The notes beneath the pieces are model-generated. The model worked only from the letters and a program-made list of their open reading frames with translations, was not told the DNA's origin and made no database searches. Shown in pieces: positions 45,726 through 49,490 of a DNA stretch of 49,490 nt. Both the position numbers and the translations under genes were made by a program. This DNA is from Leptolyngbyaceae cyanobacterium. GTDB lineage: Bacteria > Cyanobacteriota > Cyanobacteriia > Phormidesmidales > Phormidesmidaceae. Position 1 is the stretch's first letter; every line of letters starts with the position of its first letter. Location: NCBI GenBank assembly GCA_965263355.1, contig CBDHHL010000037.1, positions 1 to 49,490 of the forward strand, in the 5' to 3' direction.

Positions 45726-46189
45726 TACGACAATCCCTTTCTAGTTAGAGTAGATACAATCATCCTATTAGCCCTAATAGTTTGGCTAGACGGAACTCTG
45801 TAACCATATTCAATTCCAGATACCCAACCTCTAGAAATTAAACCTCCTAAACTAGTTCCATTTAATCCAGCCGTACTTGGGCTACAGATATTGTTTATTA
45901 CAATCTCTAGATTTTCGGTTAATTCATCAGCTTCTTCTTGCACTTGCTGAACACCCTCAGACCCAACTTTATAAACAATAACCGACGTCTCGCAATCAAA
46001 GTCGAATTGGTAACCTACCGTAGCCGGTCCAGCTACTTTCTTAAAAGGCTCGACACATACCACAGTACCATCACCAATTATTCTTTGATCTCCATAATAA
46101 ACACGGTCTATATCGTATTTACTTTGGTTATCTTCTATTAAGTCTTTAATAGCCAAAGCTACTACTCGACTACTAGAAGTTAAGCTCAT
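45725..46189 (-). CDS. Tail terminator-like protein
   Basis: Position and size; VYYGDQ motif. Confidence 0.65.
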   Translation of the reverse strand: MSLTSSSRVVALAIKDLIEDNQSKYDIDRVYYGDQRIIGDGTVVCVEPFKKVAGPATVGYQFDFDCETSVIVYKVGSEGVQQVQEEADELTENLEIVINNICSPSTAGLNGTSLGGLISRGWVSGIEYGYRVPSSQTIRANRMIVSTLTRKGLS

Positions 46190-46640
46190 CGTCTATTTCC
46201 TCGGCCATCCATAATAAGAATTCATCAACTACATCATCTACGTCTGAATCTTGCATAACTGCCCATTGTCTAGCAGGAACATTAGTCTGGAATTGCACAT
46301 TCCAAAATCCAAAATTTTGAAAGACGCCATAGTCATCTATATTAGCTAAGGTAGCCTTATTGTTACCTATATCCCAAGAGTTTATAGAAGTGGCTTGACG
46401 TTCTAAATCGCCAGACTCATGAAGTATTCTACTATTACCTTTCTTAGTAGCAGTATAAGCAGCTAAAGGTTGCCATGATGGACGCCCACCTACAGAGAAA
46501 TTAGTTGATATAGATGGAGATATAACTCTAGAGACAGACCTAGTTAAGGGTACTTCAAATTTACTTAACCTAACAGATAAAGCTTGAAACGCTCTAGCTA
46601 AATCTGCTGGATTAGGTATCCATTCAAAGTAAAAGCTCAA
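46173..46640 (-). CDS. Virion morphogenesis/tail completion protein (Mu gpG-like)
   Basis: GRPSWQPLA..T..KK...ILHESGDL, YGVFQNFG, VPARQW. Confidence 0.85.
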   Translation of the reverse strand: MSFYFEWIPNPADLARAFQALSVRLSKFEVPLTRSVSRVISPSISTNFSVGGRPSWQPLAAYTATKKGNSRILHESGDLERQATSINSWDIGNNKATLANIDDYGVFQNFGFWNVQFQTNVPARQWAVMQDSDVDDVVDEFLLWMAEEIDDELNF

Positions 46641-47113
46641 AACTCTAATCCCATTTCAAAAGCCAAAACTGCTGCGCCATCTTGACTAGTACTACCATCC
46701 GCATTCTTATTCTCTAAATAAAGAGTAGTACTAGTATTATCTGGCCAATGAGATACACCAGCGCCTAAAACAGTATCCGTATCCTCGGAAGTTCCAACTA
46801 TATCTATATCGCCAGCGACAATACCATCACATATCATCATTGCACGTTGATCTAAATGATCAGCATACGTTGTTAGTCCATCTTCTTCGGAAGCTACTTT
46901 TCTTAAAAAGTCAGCAGCTACCTTCATGGACATTATGTTTAAGACTAATTCAGGAGTATCATCCTCATCAGTCCATAAAGTAGTGTCATAGCGACGCTCT
47001 AATTTACCAAATAGAACTAATCTGTGTAAGTTTTCCCAAGTCTCTTCAACTTCACCAACATCAAACTTACTATCTTGTAACCATGCTTGAATTCGCTCTA
47101 CACTAACATACAT
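46637..47113 (-). CDS. Head-tail adaptor (Mu gp36-like)
   Basis: MYVSVE start, TPELV motif, position. Confidence 0.65.
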   Translation of the reverse strand: MYVSVERIQAWLQDSKFDVGEVEETWENLHRLVLFGKLERRYDTTLWTDEDDTPELVLNIMSMKVAADFLRKVASEEDGLTTYADHLDQRAMMICDGIVAGDIDIVGTSEDTDTVLGAGVSHWPDNTSTTLYLENKNADGSTSQDGAAVLAFEMGLEF

Positions 47114-49490
47114 TATTTATTCACCACCACATCACTAGTTTTCGGCACGGTTACATTCACGCTACCAGCTTTAGTTACAGTAACGTTATGACCAGACTTT
47201 ATAATTATAGTTGATTCGCCTTCGTATATAGTTAGAGTATATTTCTGGTCATATATGACTAAAGAGAATGGGAAAGTATACGGATCACCAGTAATAACTG
47301 GCAAAGCTATATGAGTTTCCTCAGCTACTCCAACTGAGATAGTAGCTGTACCAGCTATAAATCCAACTGGTTGCGAAATATGTGTTTCTTCTGCTATTCC
47401 TACAGAAATACCTAATGCACTATCAAACCCAACTGATAGAGCTGTATGTATTTCCTCAGCTACTAAAGCTAATACACTTATAGCTCCAGCACCGAAACCT
47501 ACAGATAAAGCCTCATGACTTTCTTCTGCTACATCTACTTGTATAGTAGAAGAACCAGATACAAAACCTACTGTTAAGGCTGTATGTACTTCTTCTGCTA
47601 CACCAGCACTTATTAATAAGCTACCTGAGAATCCAACACTTAAGGCTGTATGCGTCTCCGAAGCTACATCTACAGGTATAGAAATAGCTCCACCAGAGAA
47701 TGCTACAGGCAATGCTGTATGTATCTCGGATGCTACATCGACGCCTATTGTATTACCACCTGTGAAATTAGTGGTTAAAGCGTCATGTATTTCAGATGCT
47801 ACATCTGCTGCTATAGATAAAGCGCCTGGTGTAAAATCTACACTCTGACTTGTATGTGTTTCCTCAGCAACAGATACAGATATTGATAATCCGCCCGATA
47901 TAAATGATACTGGTATAGCTGTATGTGTTTCCTCAGCTACATCAACAGCAATTAAAACGGCCCCCGAAGAATAGACCACAGGGAGGGCGGTATGAACTTC
48001 TTCACTAACATTTACAGCAACATCTATGGATCCGGGAACAAACCCTATAGATATGGCTGAGTGCGTCTCTTCTGCTACTCCAACCGATATGGTCTGAGCG
48101 CCGGCACTAAAATTAACTGATAAAGCTTCATGAGTTTCAGAAGCTAAATCAGCAGCTACAGAAATCGACCCTGGAACAAAACCAGTAGTTAAAGCTGTAT
48201 GCGTCTCTTCTGCAACATTAGCAGCTATGGTAGATGCGCCACTAGAGAAACCAACACTTATAGCGGTGTGAGTTTCTTCAGCTAGATCAGCACTTATTGT
48301 TATAGCTCCAGCAGAGAAACCAACTGCTAAAGCTGTGTGAGTTTCATCACTTACACCTACTGCTATAGTTTGGGCGCCTGCAACAAATTCAACTGCACCC
48401 GCTTCGGCCGGACCACTTCTAGGACCAGCTTCTAAAGCTATTAATTCAGGATCAGGAGTACTTGTATCATATGAATAGGGCGGTGTAAATATTGAGCCTT
48501 CGTTTTGCTGTAGCTCAGTAGCAGTAGTGTCACCATCATAACCAGTAAGAAGCGTGTTATTTTGACTATAATGAACAGCAGAAGTCTCACCAAATAGACG
48601 CTCTGAGAACCGATCCTTAGGATCAAAAGTAATCAGATTATTATAGCCTACTTGATCACCAATACTTCTAGGTCGAGCAGCGTTATATTCTACTCTTACT
48701 CCACCAACACCCCTAGAAGTTACAGCGGCTTGTGTTCCGTTGTAATCACCATACCTATACCAGTAATTCTGGAAGAAGTGAAGTCTACCATTCTGACACA
48801 AGAATTGCCTTGATATACAGTCTACAAAATAGTTATTGTGGACAGATATATCATAATCGCCACCCTCATTAGAACCATTACTGTCTATTAAGCCAACTTT
48901 ATCGCCAGCCTCAAACCAGTTGTAACATATAGAACCACTTACAGTAGCTCCATAATTTTGAGTTACATCTATGAAACCATCGCCAGCAGGGCCAATAAAC
49001 TTGTTCTGAGTTATAACGAATGAGAAATTAGCAGCACCAGAATCGTTCTGTACTGCTATAGCATCTCCACTAGATTTATAGAATATTCCGTTCTTTATTA
49101 TCCAATTATCAGCAGCTTGACATAATATTCTATTTCCAGTAACTACTATTTGACCATTTAAATCAAGTGTCCAATCATCTCCATTAACAGTTATATCTGT
49201 TAACAGACTGATAGTTCCACTTAACCCACTATCTACAACAATATTCCTAGAGCCAGATGATAAAGCATCACGTAATGATCCAGTGCCAGAATCAGCTAAA
49301 GTAGTTATTGTAAATGTAGATTGTCCTGCACCACCTGTAACGCTAGCACCAAAGCCTACTACAGTAGGATTTAAAGTACTAAATATACGATGTCTTTCAT
49401 CTACAACCGGTACAGGTAGAGTTAAAGCTCCAGCACTAAAGTTGTTAGCTATAGCCGTATGAGTTTCTTCGGCTACAGCTACAGGAATAC
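47113..49490 (-). CDS. C-terminal part of the repeat-fibre protein: PL1 pectate-lyase-like domain plus 16 ExH repeats; the frame is open past the 48801 track start to the window end
   Basis: GFGASVTGGAG...TLADSGTGSLRDAL, DGFID and HNNYF; 22-23-aa repeats xxxIxVxVAEETHTALxVGFxxG. Confidence 0.85.
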   Translation of the reverse strand, partial: IPVAVAEETHTAIANNFSAGALTLPVPVVDERHRIFSTLNPTVVGFGASVTGGAGQSTFTITTLADSGTGSLRDALSSGSRNIVVDSGLSGTISLLTDITVNGDDWTLDLNGQIVVTGNRILCQAADNWIIKNGIFYKSSGDAIAVQNDSGAANFSFVITQNKFIGPAGDGFIDVTQNYGATVSGSICYNWFEAGDKVGLIDSNGSNEGGDYDISVHNNYFVDCISRQFLCQNGRLHFFQNYWYRYGDYNGTQAAVTSRGVGGVRVEYNAARPRSIGDQVGYNNLITFDPKDRFSERLFGETSAVHYSQNNTLLTGYDGDTTATELQQNEGSIFTPPYSYDTSTPDPELIALEAGPRSGPAEAGAVEFVAGAQTIAVGVSDETHTALAVGFSAGAITISADLAEETHTAISVGFSSGASTIAANVAEETHTALTTGFVPGSISVAADLASETHEALSVNFSAGAQTISVGVAEETHSAISIGFVPGSIDVAVNVSEEVHTALPVVYSSGAVLIAVDVAEETHTAIPVSFISGGLSISVSVAEETHTSQSVDFTPGALSIAADVASEIHDALTTNFTGGNTIGVDVASEIHTALPVAFSGGAISIPVDVASETHTALSVGFSGSLLISAGVAEEVHTALTVGFVSGSSTIQVDVAEESHEALSVGFGAGAISVLALVAEEIHTALSVGFDSALGISVGIAEETHISQPVGFIAGTATISVGVAEETHIALPVITGDPYTFPFSLVIYDQKYTLTIYEGESTIIIKSGHNVTVTKAGSVNVTVPKTSDVVVNK

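Noticed and set aside
47280..48380. DNA-level tandem repeat array or DGR target
   Set aside because: The repeats are conserved at protein level with diverged codons; no reverse transcriptase or TR/VR pair seen

Overview
This window is a complete or near-complete genome of a lytic long-tailed (siphovirus-like) bacteriophage, about 40% GC by eye. Its host is probably an actinobacterium, inferred from DUF1996, DUF2786, DUF6011, a ReqiPepy6 Gp37-like tail protein, a PCxxEDS peptide and leaderless SigA-type promoters. The two window ends join in frame inside one repeat-fibre gene, so the sequence is probably circular. The minus-strand arm (8111 down to 1, then 49490 down to 34026) encodes terminase, portal, protease/scaffold, capsid, a fibre, neck, tail with a -1 frameshifted chaperone, and lysis genes. 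The plus-strand arm (9124-34063) has a promoter-dense early region, many small ORFs, tRNA-Leu(UAA) and a CAU tRNA (probably Ile2), an AT-hook operon, a DUF1996 gene and replication genes (SNF2 helicase, Cas4-like nuclease, Sak4-like ATPase, SSB, primase, UDG-fused PolA, RuvC-like resolvase). I found no integrase or CRISPR array. The most notable unexplained elements are: (1) an ~360-nt multi-domain structured RNA at 20753-21112 with its own promoter and terminator; (2) the 8-mer CCACAGGG repeated genome-wide; (3) TTA-free earliest genes together with phage tRNAs for TTA/ATA; (4) two tRNA-top-half mimics in early mRNAs; (5) duplicated pectate-lyase domains and an ExH-repeat fibre. Family assignments come from motif recognition by eye, not from database searches.
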